64,000 bases of DNA from positions 96,580,230-96,644,229 of the forward strand of contig NC_057718.1 of NCBI RefSeq assembly GCF_004010195.1, given 5' to 3'. Made by a program: the position numbers and the translations under genes. Every line of letters starts with the position of its first letter. Within the stretch, counting starts at the first letter, position 1. The notes beneath the pieces were generated by a model. The model saw nothing but the letters and a program-made list of their open reading frames with translations, ran no database searches and was not told where the DNA came from. The DNA is from Chiloscyllium plagiosum (Eukaryota). Positions 36,443 to 49,985 of this stretch are shown here, in pieces.

Positions 36443-38549
36443 GATGCTATGAGAGGGAGACACAGAGCCAAAAAGTGCAAAAGGCCAATGTTCTGAAAGG
36501 TAACATACGCCCAACATCAGTCTGGCCTCTCCAACATAAAGAGTGGGAATGGGCTAATGGGTTTTTGGTCTGTAGAAACAAAATCTGGAATATTCTAAAG
36601 AGCAATTTGGTGCTGCGATAGGGCAACTGGAGAATTTTTGTTTTGAATGGACAGCCACAGTTTTAAGATGGTGACTAATAAAAGCATGAGAGAATATGCA
36701 TCGCCCAAGAAGTCTGGGATTTGCTACCAACAGGATAAATTGGCGCAAATAGCATGGGTGCTTTAATGGGTAAGTTAGGTACTGCACAAGGGATATGCAG
36801 ACAGAAAGGTAGGAGGAGGCCTTTGTGAACTATAAATACTAGCATTGAATTGTTGGGCCAAGAGGTCTATTTCTACGCTGTATGTTTAATGTAATTCATT
36901 CAATTCTAAAACAGTATCACACGAGTGTTGTAATGTAAACTGGAAAACACAATTTATGTTACCAATAAAACTTTTAAGCCAAGGTTTAATATCTTTGGCA
37001 CTGATGCTAATTGAAGTATAGCTTTGAGATGTTGTAGTTTAACTGTCAGTACCAGTAAATAGTGTTAAACTGGTAAATGAAAGACAATTCCAAATCTTAG
37101 CAGATTGCTCTATTGGTGTATATCTCTATGACTCTATGACTAGGGCTGACTTTACCAAAGAAAATACCTCCTGTTATTTAACTTGATTGCACCTTAGTAT
37201 TCTTTCTCTGTGCTGTCTTTTACTTATGGTCAGTTTTGGAGCTATCCCAACCTCTTCACCTTTATCCATCCTTCAAAAGATGCTGGCAAAATTTTTTGCT
37301 GGGTCCCTGAAGCCTCTCTATCCTCTTTGAATTGAAATGTTACTCTTAATTGGGCAGAGCAGTGAACGGCCCCTTAACAGTTGCTGACCTGCTTATGAGG
37401 GAAAAATAAATAGGTTTTAGGACTGAGGTAGTTGTACCTGAGATGACACCGTGTGAGGCAACATTAAAAACTTTTCACTGTGCTCCAGTGCTTTTGTACT
37501 TGAGGACACATGACAACGATGTCTAAGCTTAAATCTAAAATCCAAAGGCAGCACAGTCTTAATCTGAAAGTTAACTTTGGGAGACATTTACCTGAAGTAA
37601 GGTGATAAAGAAGAACAGGTGTGATTTTATTTGCATCGAAGTGCCAAAGAAAGCTACTTGTGTTATTGTAGTTAGCCATGGTTCACTGGTAATATAGTTG
37701 CCTCAGTGTCAAAAGTTCAAGCCCATCTTGACTACATTCATTCCTTTCTGGTCACCATAGCCTTAATAAGACCGTTGGCATTCTTCTCTGGTTTTCTTCA
37801 GACAATGCCTCAATATTATCCACTCACCCCATTCTTCTTCCTCTTCTGTATTTATCATCAATCCTCCTTCAATTGTTGCCAGGACAAGACTGTCAAGTCT
37901 TCAGTTCCAACACCTGTCATCAGCTATCTTTCTCTCTCCAGTGCATTTGGCAATACCGAACATCTGCTTTTCAACAGTCATTTGTCTTTCTGAGTGTCCA
38001 GCTGATTTGGAGCATCGTCCACCCAGATTTCAAAAGCTATCGCCATCCTCGTGTTTTCTTTCATCAGAGTCCAACTCTAGAGAGTGCAACACTTCACATT
38101 AGCAACTGCACTCTACGGGATTTCAGCTGCAGAATTTCTACAAGGGTTCTCCCCTTCCGTCATTGTATGTCGGAATGTCAGTAAGAGACAGATGGAAATC
38201 CTGGTGAGTTGGAAGGAATTTACTCCATGCATCTGAAGCTTCTGCCAAAGTTAAACTGGAGATTCCCAGTGAATATTCTGCTTCCTGATGTGGGCTGACA
38301 CTTCAATACTGCATGGGGAAAGGGTAAGGATTATAATCAGAAGCACCATGTTCCAAATAAACCATTAAACTGAGATCTAGTCAGCTGGGTTTATAAGATC
38401 CCACGACCCGATTTGGAAAAGATCAGTTGCCTTGGCCACGATTTCTCCTTCAACCAACATTTTAACTTAATAGAGTGGTTCCTGATCTGTTCTGTAACAC
38501 TTCAATGAAACACACAATTCCATGGCACACCCACATTTCCAGCAGAATT

Positions 38550-38850
38550 ATAGAGTCAGAGAGATGTACAGTATGGAAACAGACCCTATGATCCAGTTCA
38601 TCCATGCCGACCAGATATCCCAAATTAATCTAGTCCCATTTGCCAGCATGTGGCCCATATCTCTCCAAACCCTTCCTATTCATATACCCATCCAGATGCC
38701 TCTTAAATGTTGCAATTGTACCAGCCTCCACCACTTCCTCTAGCAGCTCATTCCATGCACGCACCACCCTCTGTGTGAAAAAGTTGCCCCATAGGTCCCT
38801 TTTAAATCTTTCCCCTCTCACCGTAAACCTATGCCCTCTAGTTCTGGACT
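38550..38850 (-). mobile_element. CR1 3' fragment
   Basis: Minus ORF RGERFKRDLWGNFFTQRVVRAWNELLEEVVEAGTI. Confidence 0.9.
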
Positions 38851-38954
38851 CAGGAATGAAGAGCCTGAAACGTCAACTTTTCTGCTCCTTGGATGCTGCC
38901 TGACTTGCTGTGCTTTTCCAGCAACACACTCTCGACACCAATTAACCTGACAGC

Positions 38955-39450
38955 CAAGAGTGCAGGAGCGGTTTGCAAGAATGGTTCCAAAGATGAGGAA
39001 CTTCATTTACAAGGATAGATTGAAGAATTGGGGACTGATCTCCTTGGAGACAAGGAGGTCAAGAGGAGGTCAGATAGAGGTTTTCAAAATTGCGAGCCGG
39101 CTGGATACAGTAGATTGGGAGTAACTATTCCCCCTCGTAAAAGTAACAGGAACAAGAGGGCGCAGATTTAAAGTCACCTGCAACAGAAGCAAAAGTGATG
39201 TGAGGAAAGAGCTTTCTCGCTCTGCGAGGAGCAGGATGTCGAATGTACTGCCTGGAAATGTGGTGGAGGCAGGTTCCACTGAGATGTTCAAGATGAGGAG
39301 TGGCTGGTTATTTGGATTGAAATAGTGTGCCAGGACATGGGAAAACAAGGAGGTTGGAACGAGGGAATGACACTCATTTGAAGAGCTAGTGCAATCGCAA
39401 TGGATGGAATGGCCTCCTTCTGGACTCTAACAATTCTACAATTCTGTGAC
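38955..39450 (+). mobile_element. CR1 3' fragment (older)
   Basis: AGTGCAGGAGCGGTTTGCAAGAATG..GAATGGCCTCCTTC. Confidence 0.7.
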
Positions 39451-39844
39451 TTGTTTATCTCATTCCTGTTGGTCGGAGCTCACTATGCACAAATTGATGA
39501 GTATGGGTACACTGCAACCAAAATTTTACATTGAATAATTCTTTATTGAGCACAGGGATGTTCTTAAACTATAAAAAGTGCTTGCAACTTCACATCTTTA
39601 GTCTTTGAACACACCGGATCTTTAAAAAGCAGAAATCTACCAGAAATGAATACTCTCTGCTTACAATTCGCAAAGGCCATTCTGTTTAAAACATGCAACA
39701 ATGCCAAAGCCAAAACTCACGGTTAGCCAGCTAAGCAGACTAAACGCAGAAACATGGAAGTGTAGAAACTAGCAGCAGGAATGGGCCATTCAGCCCTTCA
39801 AGTCTGATCCACGGTTCACAAGGATGTTTCACAGTATGATCAAA

Positions 39845-40345
39845 GGACAAAGAACAATACAGCACAGCAACAGGCCCTTTGGCCCTCCAAGCCTGCACTT
39901 TATCCTTTCATACTAAAACTTTCTTCACTTACCGGATCTGTATCCCTCTATTCCTTTCCTATCTATGTATTCATCCAGGTGCTACATGAATGCTGCTGTT
40001 GTGTCTACTTCCACCACCTCCTCTGGCAGCGGGTTCCATGCACTCACCACCCTTTGTGTGAAAAACCTTGCCTCACACACCTCTTTTAAACATGATGCAC
40101 TTTGAACCTGTGTTCCCTAGCAATTGACCCCTCCATCCTGGGAAAAAGCCTCATACTTTCCACTCTATCAACTCCATTCACAATCTTATAAACTTCCATC
40201 AGGTTGTCCCTCAACCTCCTGTGTCCCAGTGAAAACAAGTCAAGTCTATCCAACCTTCCTTCATAGCTAAAATCCCCCATACCAGGCAACATCCTGGTAA
40301 ACCTTTTCTGTACCCTCTTCAAAGCATCCACAACCTTCTGGTAGT
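39845..40345 (-). mobile_element. CR1 3' fragment
   Basis: Minus ORF DALKRVQKRFTRMLPGM..RRLRDNLMEVYKI. Confidence 0.9.
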
Positions 40346-40559
40346 CCTGTTAGAATTTTATAGGTTTCAATGCAACCTAGAGCCCCATTCTTGAAAACTG
40401 CAGTGAATATAGTCCCCATCTGAGTCAAAAGCAGCCCTGAGACTGTAAGCAATGACTTCCCAGGCGAATTGCAAATGCTGACATTATTAAATTGATGTCC
40501 AGTCAACAATTACTCGTTATTCTGAAAACAAGATACAATGAACATGTCAGGAATGGTTT

Positions 40560-41580
40560 GGAGCAGGGCATGTTGATGCTCCATGGTCTTCAAACACAGC
40601 GATGTCAGGTTTAGCAGGCTAAAGGTCTCATTTGTACATAATCTTTCACTTAAATAACAGATTGTATCGCTAATAAGTTTAATAGAGCGTGCCTCCTTTT
40701 GAAGTGCACACTGAGAGTTTTATTGATTTGTCAAAGAGCTACAAATGTCAACTCTGTCACACCGCATTCACAAATTATGACACACTGGGTCAAAACAGCA
40801 ATTAATTACGGAGCACTGGTCAATTTCATGTTGTTTCCTGGCGCTATTAACAGTCTTTCAATGAGACACCTTTCAAGGCTGGGCCGTTCAGATGTAGCTA
40901 ATTGCTGGGAGTTAGGGCTGCAATGATTCATCGTCTCGCAAATGCCACTATACAGCGTCCCTGGGAGACCAGGGGAGCCTCCTCAACTCGCCTCCCCATT
41001 CACATGATACACTGGAAAAAACAACAAGAGGGTCAGGGGTTGTGGGGGGAGGAGGGGAGACATTTGATGAATTGGGGTCTTGACACGGCAGACCCTGCAC
41101 GTTATCAGTATTCCCACACACATGGGAAAACAAGCATGAATACAGCCTTTTCTTCCTCCCCGCTCCAGGTGCGCTGTCATTCACACTTGAACTTGACAGC
41201 GCCGACCTAGCAGCTCTCTTCCCCCACATTCACTCGATCTCCTCTGCGGATATCTCTTTTCTTTCGCCAAGCTTCTCATTTGCTCGTCTATCTATGCCTG
41301 CCGAGTCGAATTGAAAATGAATGAGGTGCAAATAAAAGGCTCAAAAAGTATGATTGAGGTTACCATAATGGCAGACTCTGGGAAAATACCGAGCTTGTCT
41401 GATAACTTCATTTCTCTCGAAAGGTCAACTGTAATAGTTGCAGCCACTTTGGAACTTAATTTGTCCTAATAACGACATTCCCCATCATTGCCCTGCTGTT
41501 TGGGCTTCCACAAATCTTTATCATGTAGTCGGTTTTTATTTTTTGGATTTTGCATTTGTAAAGGAGAAAAGATTCAAATG
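40560..41580. promoter_or_regulatory. Candidate conserved non-coding island
   Basis: Repeat-free; AATTAATTA (40800), TTTTATTG, several TGTCA/TGACA motifs, retained CpGs. Confidence 0.4.
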
Positions 41581-41961
41581 AGCTGTTCAGGGTCTGCCCC
41601 TCAGCAATATTTTTAGCAAGGCGTTTAACTTTTTGAAAAGAGTGTTTCAAGGATTTCCACACAGATAGATAGATAGATAACTTTTGCAATATTAATGAGA
41701 ATTGTTAAAAGATTTTGAGGGTACAGGTTCCTTTTGCAATATTAATTGAGAAAAATTAAGGGTCGAGGTTTATTTTGCAACATTATTGAGAATTGTAAAA
41801 AAAACATTGAGGGTGCAATGAAGGGTAGGATTTTGCGAAAAAGGATCTGTTTTGCAAGTGTAAAAGTGTTTGACAGTGCCACATGAATTGTTGCAAAAAT
41901 CAATCAGATTGGCTGATAAAATGATGTCTCTTTTATATTTGTGAATGTACCGTCTTTTTAA

Positions 41962-42260
41962 GCATGTTGGCTCAGTGGTTAACACCACTGCCTCAGACCT
42001 GGGTTCGATTCCACTCTCGGGTTTGCACACTCTCCCTGTGTCTGTGTGGGTTTCCTTCCACACTTCAAAGGTGTGCAGGTTGGGTGGATTGGCCATGCTA
42101 AATTACCCCATAGTATCCAGGAATGTGCAGGCTAGGTGGGTTAGCCATGGGAAATGCAGAATTATAGGTTTGGGGAGTGAGTTTGCGTGGGATGCTCTTC
42201 AGAGGGTCAGTGTGGACACAATGGGCTGAATGGCCTGCTTCCACACAGTAGGGATTCTCT
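41962..42260 (+). mobile_element. HE1 SINE
   Basis: A/B boxes, internal GTGCAGG.TAGGTGG duplication, GCCTGCTTCCACAC tail. Confidence 0.85.
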
Positions 42261-42481
42261 GAAACTTTCAAGGCAATTTGCTATCATGCTGGTTGGTTGT
42301 TTATTATTACCCCAGTACCAAGCAGCTTAAGTACTTTAAATAAATAATTTTATAAACACTGAGAACTAGTGCATTCTTTGCTGTCTTTATAATAGATACA
42401 TTTTATGTAAATATTTGTAATTATAAATAAATAGAACAAAGAACTACTTCAAATAAAATAGAAATTTCTGGACAAACTCAT

Positions 42482-42785
42482 GGAATCCCTACAGTGTGGA
42501 AGTAGACCCTTCAGCCTATCAAGTCCACACTGACCCTCTGAAGATCCTACCCCATCCCTGGAAATCCCATGACTAACCCACATTGCCTGCATCACCCTGG
42601 ACACTATGGGCAATTTGGTATGGCCAATTCACCTAATCAGCACACCTTTGGACTGGGGCAGGAAACCCACACACACATGGGGGAGAATATGTAAACTCCA
42701 CACAGACAGCTGCCTGAGGGTACAATCAAACCCAGGTCCCTGTCGCTGCGAGCAGTGCAAACCACTGAGCTATCGTGCCATCGTG
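42482..42785 (-). mobile_element. HE1 SINE
   Basis: Reverse complement of same family. Confidence 0.85.
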
Positions 42786-43494
42786 CAGGTATGACAGCAT
42801 TGGTGAAGAGAGGAACTGCATTAACTTTTGGAGCCCAGTGACCCTTCTTCAGAAATGTTAATTCTGTTTCTCTCTCCACAAATGCTCCCAGACCCGCTGA
42901 GTTTCTTCAGAAATTTCTGTTCCTATTTCAGATCTCTAGCATTCATAGTTCTTTGCTTTAATTTTAAAGAATTTCTTAAGCCCTGTCATCAAATGGATGA
43001 AATCTTTAAGCTGGCGTACATGATACTTTCTTTTGAGAATGGTATTTTGTGGCCATTGTTTATTAAAAGTTGAACAGAAGTATCTGTCATGTTTTCAGTT
43101 TAAATATCCTTCAGTCAGATTTCTTTTTAAATTGCCCTTCCTTGTTTTCCGTCAAGTATTGCAGCACCTGTCTTTCCGAAATCTACATGAATCAGTTGCA
43201 CTGGTGATCAGTGCAATTTTTAAGACAGTGCTAGGTGTTGAACAACCGTCGAACTGCCGCAGTTCAGAACACAAGCCTAAACCGGCCCTGTTTAGTTTAG
43301 CACCACATCAACTGATGAGCTATGTTAACCCTGTTAACAATTTCATTAAGTACATCCCCGGACCAGTGAAACCTCCCCTCAACAGTACATGTTTCTATTA
43401 GCCAAAAGTACAATCTTTGTATTAAAAAGTTACACAGTAGTAGCCCCTTTCCCCTGCTCCCAGATTTCATTCACTAAATAGATCCATCAACAGC

Positions 43495-44155
43495 GAGAGT
43501 GAAGGCTGAGAGGGGACATAGATTGAGATGTATAAAATTATAAAGCACATCGATAGCGGAGACAGGAAATAACTTTTCCCCTTGGTGGAAAGATCAATGA
43601 CCTGGGCTGTAGATTTGAGCTAAGGGTTCAGAGGAGATGGGTGGCACGGTGGCTCAGTGGTTAGTACTACTGCCTCATAGCCCCAGGGTCCCAGGTTCGA
43701 TTCCAGCCTTGGGTGACTGTCTGTGTGGAGTTTGCATATTCTCCTTGTGTCTGCATGGGTTTCCTTCGTGTGCTCTGATTTCCTCCCAAAGGCCAGGTGA
43801 ATTGGCCATGCTAAACTGCCCATAGTGTTAGGTGCATTAGTCAGAGGGAAATGGGTCTAGGTGGGTTACTCTTCGAAGGGTCGGTGTGGACTTGTTGGGC
43901 CGAATGGCCTGGTTCCACACTGTAGGGAATGTAATCTAAAAAAAAAATTTGACTCAGAGGGTGGTGGGAATCCGTAAGGGTGGGCCAGGCCGACACCCAC
44001 ATTACATTTGCGAAGCATTCAGATGCGCACTTGCGATGCCAAGGCTCTAGGCCAAGTGTTGGGAAAATGGGATTAGAAAAGTCATGTGGCTGTTGTTTAC
44101 CAGCATAGATGTGATGGGTCAAAGGGCCTTTTGCTGTGCTGTAAATCTCGATGTT
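43495..44155 (+). mobile_element. CR1 3' fragment containing a full-length HE1 SINE (43638-43938)
   Basis: CR1 sequence continues (TCAGAGGGTGGTGGG) after the SINE tail. Confidence 0.85.
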
Positions 44156-44164
44156 CATTCAGCT

Positions 44165-44585
44165 CGTTCTTGGGATGAATCTCATGGAAAAGGTTGGGTA
44201 GGTTGGGCCTGCACCCATTGGACTATAGAGTATTGAAGGGTGATCTAATCGAAACAGGTAAGATGTTAAGGAGACTGGATAGGGGACCGAGGGGATGTAG
44301 GTGGAAATATGTAAGATGTCTCCCTTTTACGATAGAGATGAAGAGAAATCTTTCTCTCAGAGTGCGAAATTCTCTTTCCTGATAGATAGTGGAGGCTGGG
44401 TCTTTAAGTTTATTCAAGGCTAAGTCATATACATAATTCATAAACTGGGGGGTCAAAGGTGATGAGGTGCGAACAGGAAGTGGAGCTGAGACAGCAATCA
44501 GATTAGCCATGATCATACCAAATGGTAGAGCAGGCTCGAGTGGCAGAATGGCCCACTCTGGCTCCTGAGGGCTATGTTCTTATCT
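44165..44585 (+). mobile_element. CR1 3' fragment
   Basis: RLGLHPLDYRVLKGDLIETGKMLR and 3' UTR. Confidence 0.75.
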
Positions 44586-44739
44586 TCCCATGTCCCAATG
44601 TCTCATTTAGTAGGAAGAATACTATCTAAAAATGGAGCTCAATAATGCCCAAGAACCTACAGCAAACACTGAAAACAAGAAAGGAGTTTCAGCCAAAGTG
44701 TATGTTGCAGAGTTTGCATTTCTTTTATTTCAAAAGTAA

Positions 44740-45045
44740 TGCTTTATTCATAAACAAAAATCTCCTTGTACATACACATTATCACAAATGCAGTTCCATT
44801 CTGTTGAGTAGAATGTCAAGTAAACAAACAAACACTGGAATTTGACTGTCCAAAAATGGAAGCCCTCTCATAAACATACAATACTATATTTACATACATT
44901 CAGGCACCACAGGGGCTCCTAACTAAAAGGACCCCCATTTACCTTCAGACAGTATTCTTTCCCCACTGTGCCTTGGCAGCAGCTGCCCCAAGCTTTAGTG
45001 CATTCCTCAGCACGTAGTCCTGGACCTTGGAATGTGTCAGTCTGA
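44740..45045 (-). mobile_element. Tx1/L1-type LINE 3' end
   Basis: Homologous to 49740-49830 (CCCCACTG..CCTTGGCAGCAGCTGCCCCAAG..GTAGTCCTGGACCTT). Confidence 0.6.
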
Positions 45046-45399
45046 AGAATTAGTAGTTCCTACAAGCCATTGCGTAAGGTTTCAGTTGGAATCAGATTGA
45101 GCCTCCAACAAGGCCCAGTGGGATCTCTCAGTTCAGCTGAAACACTTCTTGCTTTTGTGACTGACTGCTTTGTGAACATTAGGATCACATGTTTCCATCC
45201 CATTGCCCATAGTATCCATCATGAATGGATTTTTGCAGATGTAGGTTTTGCAGAGATACTCTAAGGCGCATAACAACAAACAAAGGGAAGAGCAACCACG
45301 TGGATAAACGTTAGATGAATTTCCATTGCTATTCAACAGTGGATCACAAGGGAACATTCATCTATTTCCAACCCATTCAATCAACTGTAACTTCCTGGA

Positions 45400-45990
45400 G
45401 CCACCATGGAATTAGGGTTGACCCCTGAGAACTGGTAATAAAGTGACATGCTCACCTAAGGAGCACCTTGTAGCTGCTTCATTTCCTGGCAAATCAGGTC
45501 CAGCAAGAAATCCAAATTTTGGCAGCAAGCATTTGTTTATTCCTTTGTAAGCATTCAATATGACTGTATAACTCATGTCAAAATGTAATACGTCCTCATC
45601 AAAGTTTTCTCGTGAGCTCTTCTTCCCCCGCAAATTGTCAAGCATTTTAAGAAAAGGACGCTCCCTTTAAAATGAATAGAACTCGATACCTGTGACTCAG
45701 ATGAAGAATCTCAAGTTTCATCGCTCTATTCTTAGGATCTTTACAATTTGTCTCACGGCATGCTACGGTATTTTCCCAAATGACCACTGTTGGCACGTTG
45801 AGGTGTTTGCCACCTCCACACCATTCGGTATTGGGTAAGGCATGTTTGAGGTCGTTCACTCCTTCCTTTTTGTTTTGTTTGAGTCTAACTAATAAGAGAG
45901 GATACCCCATTGCAGCGACCCCACAGCAGAGACCCTGTTCTTATATAACAGGGAGCTTTATTGCGTGATAGCAATTAGTACTATAACATT
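45400..45990. promoter_or_regulatory. Candidate non-coding regulatory island
   Basis: Repeat-free with CpGs, forkhead TGTTTAT and AP-1 TGACTCA motifs; inference only. Confidence 0.3.
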
Positions 45991-46427
45991 TGGTCAGGCC
46001 TGGACTCAGGCTGGTGGTCACACAGGCAGCTAGTCACTTTAATGACCTGCTCTGAAATCCAAGAGTTGGGATGTCATTATCAGGTTGTACCGCACTTTGG
46101 TGAGGCCCCTTCTGGAATATTGTGTCCATTTCTGGTCACCCAGTTATAGAAAGATATTATCAAGCTGGAGAGAGCTCACAAGAGATTTATCAGGATGTTG
46201 CCGAGTATGGAACGTTTGAGTGAAAGAGAGGCCGGACAGGCTGAGTAAAAACTGAAAGAACTGTGGATGCTGTAAATTAGAAACAAAAACAGAAATTGCT
46301 GGAAAAGCTCAGCATGTCTGGCAGCATCTGTGCAGAGAATTCAGAGTTAACTCTTCGGGTCAGTGACTTTTCCTCAGAACCACAGTTCTAAGTGATTAAA
46401 GATTTAACAGCAATCCAGGCTTGAACT

Positions 46428-46735
46428 TAGAATCCCTACAGTGTGGAAACAGGCCCTTTGGCCCAACAAATCCACACTGACCATCCAAAGAGGAACCCAC
46501 CCCTGACTAATGCACCTAACCCACACACCCCTGAGCACTATGGACAACTTAGCACAGCCAATTCATCTAAGTTGCACATTTTTGAACTGTGGGAGGAAAC
46601 CGGAGCACCTGAAAGAAACCCATGCAGACACAGGAAGGATGTGCAAACTTCACACAGACAGTAACCTGAGGCTGGAATTAACTGCATGTCCCTAGCACTG
46701 TGAGGCAGCAGTGCTAACCACTGAGCCACCATGCC
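46428..46735 (-). mobile_element. HE1 SINE
   Basis: Tail, V-domain and head all recognisable. Confidence 0.9.
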
Positions 46736-46739
46736 GTCC

Positions 46740-46898
46740 TGTTCAATATATCACATCAGTTGTATGACACTTTTACTATAAATTCTGTGCCCTATGTTCC
46801 TGCCCCACTAGTTACCTGATGAAGGAGCAGGTCTCTGAAGGATTGTAGTTCCAAATAAACCTGTTGAACTATAACCTGATGTTATGGGATTTTTAATT
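46740..46898 (+). mobile_element. Penelope-like terminal fragment (family 2)
   Basis: CCTGATGAAGGAGCAG..CCAAATAAACCTGTTGAACTATAACCTG. Confidence 0.7.
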
Positions 46899-47954
46899 CA
46901 TTAAATGGTTACAGCACAGAAAGAGGCCATTCAGTCTATTATGTCCATGCTGACCAACTATCTCCTAATGTAAAGCGATCATTTGGAATCATCATATTGC
47001 CCTCACAGACATCCTTAATAAATGTATGCAGGTGTGCCACATTCAATGTGACATAGGATATACAGCACAGAAAGAGTCCATGTGGCCAATCAAATCTATG
47101 TGGGCATTGACCTAGTTGTACCCAACGTCTTAGCAACGAAAATCTAACTGATGTGCTTTAGTCTAATAAGTATTTTGGATCTTTACTTCAAAATTGGAAG
47201 GGTCAGTAAGTATTCCGCTTACATAATATTCATAAGCAGATCTTCAGCTGGACCGCCAAGGGTGAAAAATCATGATAAGTGCATCATCATCTTGTGCAAC
47301 AGTTCTGTATGAGTAATACTTACCAACCTTTTGAATTTTAAAGGACTGAAGCAAAGATCCAAAATACTCATTAGACTGAAGTGCATCATAACAAAGTTCG
47401 GACAGACCTGAAACACTCAGTTAGATTGCTCACGGAAAATAGCTCTGATAACAACTTTTAAAAAAAAGAGTACCCTCCCGAAAGATGGGAGGAACAGATC
47501 TTGTTGCATTCTTGTTTTGATGGTTCCCTCTTCAGCAGCTTTGCATGAATCTGCACGGATTTAAGGACACAGCCCCTGAATCTACAACACAACTTTAACA
47601 AGTCTCCTGCAGGCTCTGCATCAGTTGAAAATGCTCCTCAAATAACACAGCTAATCAAAACCTGAAGGCCTGCCAAGTCTCTGTACCTTCTACACTCTCT
47701 GTTTAGTGGTGATTTTTATCCCACTAGTCATTTACACTGTCCAGTGACGAAGCCACTAACCTTTCAATGAACCATGGTAAATTGAGGAGCTTTCCCATCA
47801 AACCAGTTCCATGTCCTCACTTTTGAGATCCTTTGCACTTTCTATCAGTCAGTGAATAAACAAAGTACAATTGACTGAACTCACATGCAATATGCACAGC
47901 TGTTTCTCAATCTTTGACCACATTTAATCATGTTTGGGGAGGTGGTGTAGTGGG

Positions 47955-49030
47955 GTGAGCACCATAGTGGTAATGTCACGGGGCTGATAACCGAGTAACT
48001 CAGGTAAATATCCTGGAGGGCCAGAGTTTGAATCCCATGTGGCAACCAGTCAGTCAACTAATTAATAAAACAAACAACTGCGGGTTCTGGAGATCTGAAA
48101 TAAAACAGAAAGTGGTGGAGAATTCACTGGGTCAGGGTTCAGAAGGCATTTACCAGGATGTTGCCAGGTATGGAGAGCTTGAGTTATAAGAAAAGGCTGA
48201 GACTTTTTCATTGGAGTGTAGGAGGTTGAGAAGTGACCTGATGGGCATTTACAAAATAATGGGAGGTATAGATAGAGTTAATGGTCTTTTCCTTAGGATG
48301 GGAGATTTCAAGACTGGGACCCACATTTTTAAGATGAGAGGAGGGAAATTTTAAAAAGACGTGAGGGGCAATGTTTAACACGGAGGATGGTTAGTGTGTG
48401 GATGGTTAGTGTGTGGAATGAAATTCCTGAGGAAGTGGTGGATGTGGGTACAATTACAAATTTTAATACACATTTGGATGGATACAGGGATAGGAAAGGT
48501 TTGGAGGGATATGGGCCAGGAGCAGGAAGGTGGGACTGGTTTAGTTTGGGATTATGGTCGGCATAGACTAGTTGGACTGAAGGGTCTGTTTCCGTGCTAT
48601 GACTCTGGAAAAACAGACGTAACACTTTGAGTCCAGTATCCATTTGTCAAAATTGAAAGTTGCTGAAAAATAGTATTTACGCTGATGATAGGAGTGGGGT
48701 TAAGATTGCTTGTGGATGCTTGTGGGTGTGGGGGAGGGACTGAGACGAATAGATGGAGGTAGTGCCCAGACTAATTATTGGTTTGAGTATGGAACTGTCA
48801 GCAATTGCTTAAAAATCCACTTGGTTTACTAATGTCCTCGAAACCTTAATTCAGAAAGTTCAGAAAAACAATCTGCCGTCATAGCCTGATCTGGCCTGTA
48901 TGTGACTCCAAACCCACAACAATGTGTTTGGCTCATAACTGTCCACTCAAAAGGCCAGGGAAGCTGCTCTCTTCAAGAGTAATTATGGCAACAAATGCAT
49001 AAGTACCCACCTTGTTAGCAACTACTACTT
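47955..49030 (+). mobile_element. SINE family 2 containing a Penelope-like end that contains a CR1 (48140-48606)
   Basis: SINE head to 48056 and body from 48780; ACTAATTA(A/T)T duplication at 48057/48770. Confidence 0.6.
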
Positions 49031-49049
49031 CCCCTGAAAGAATACCAAA

Positions 49050-49478
49050 ATTCAACTCAAGAAGGCTTGACACCATCCAAGATTAAGCAGACCACTTGAT
49101 TGGCACCACATCCACAAGCATTCACTCCCTCCACCACCAACACTCAGTAGCAGCGGTGCTTACTATCCACAAGATGCACTGCAGAAATTCACCAACGATC
49201 AATAGACCCACGACCACTTCCAACTAGAAGGACAAAGGTAGCAGATGCATACATCTACAAGTTCCGCTCCAAACCACCCTGACTGTAAATATATCGCTAT
49301 TCCTTTACTGTCAATGGGTTAAAATCATGGATCTCCCTCCCTCATGGCCTATAGCATATGGATTGTAGCATTTCAAGAAAGCAGCTCACCCCATCTTCTC
49401 AAGGACAATTAGAGACAGGCAATAAATGCTGGGCCAGCCAAGGGCACCCACATCCATGAGAGAACAGCAAAAAAATGA
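49050..49478 (+). mobile_element. LINE family B 3' fragment
   Basis: Homologous to 24180-24590. Confidence 0.85.
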
Positions 49479-49544
49479 GAACAATATGTGACAGAATCAG
49501 TCTCCTATCCTCTTTTCTTTCCCCTTATAATTCCTCATTTATTA

Positions 49545-49985
49545 ATTTTTTTAATTTCAAAAATATATATCATTCATATATATATATATATATAAGCCAG
49601 TTCAGTTCTCTACAGTAGCATAAGAAGGAAAAGAAGGAATTTCTTATTTGTGCAAGATTATACTTGCATTTACATGTTCTAAGGCACCAGGAGAGTCTGA
49701 TAACCGAACCGACTCCCATTTAACTTCAGCAGGAAGATCTCAGACTTTCCCCACTGCACCTTGGCGGCAGCTGCCCCAAGATTTACTGCATCCCTCAGCA
49801 TGTAGTCCTGGACCTTAGAGTACGCTAGCCTGCAACACTCAGTCAAGGTCAACTCCTTGCTCTGGAAGACCCACAAGTTTCAGGCAAAGCAGAAAGTGTC
49901 CTTTATCGAGTTGCTGGTCCTCCAGGTAGAGTTGATGTTTGTCTTGGTATAAGTCCCAGGGAACGGACTGTAGGGCACAGATTCC
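49545..49985 (-). mobile_element. Tx1/L1-type LINE ORF2 C-terminus and 3' UTR
   Basis: VFQSKELTLTECCRLAYSKVQDYMLRDAVNLGAAAAKVQWGK. Confidence 0.7.

Noticed and set aside
43312..43372. Hammerhead at CTGATGAG...GAAAC in unique DNA
   Set aside because: No convincing stem I, II or III pairing
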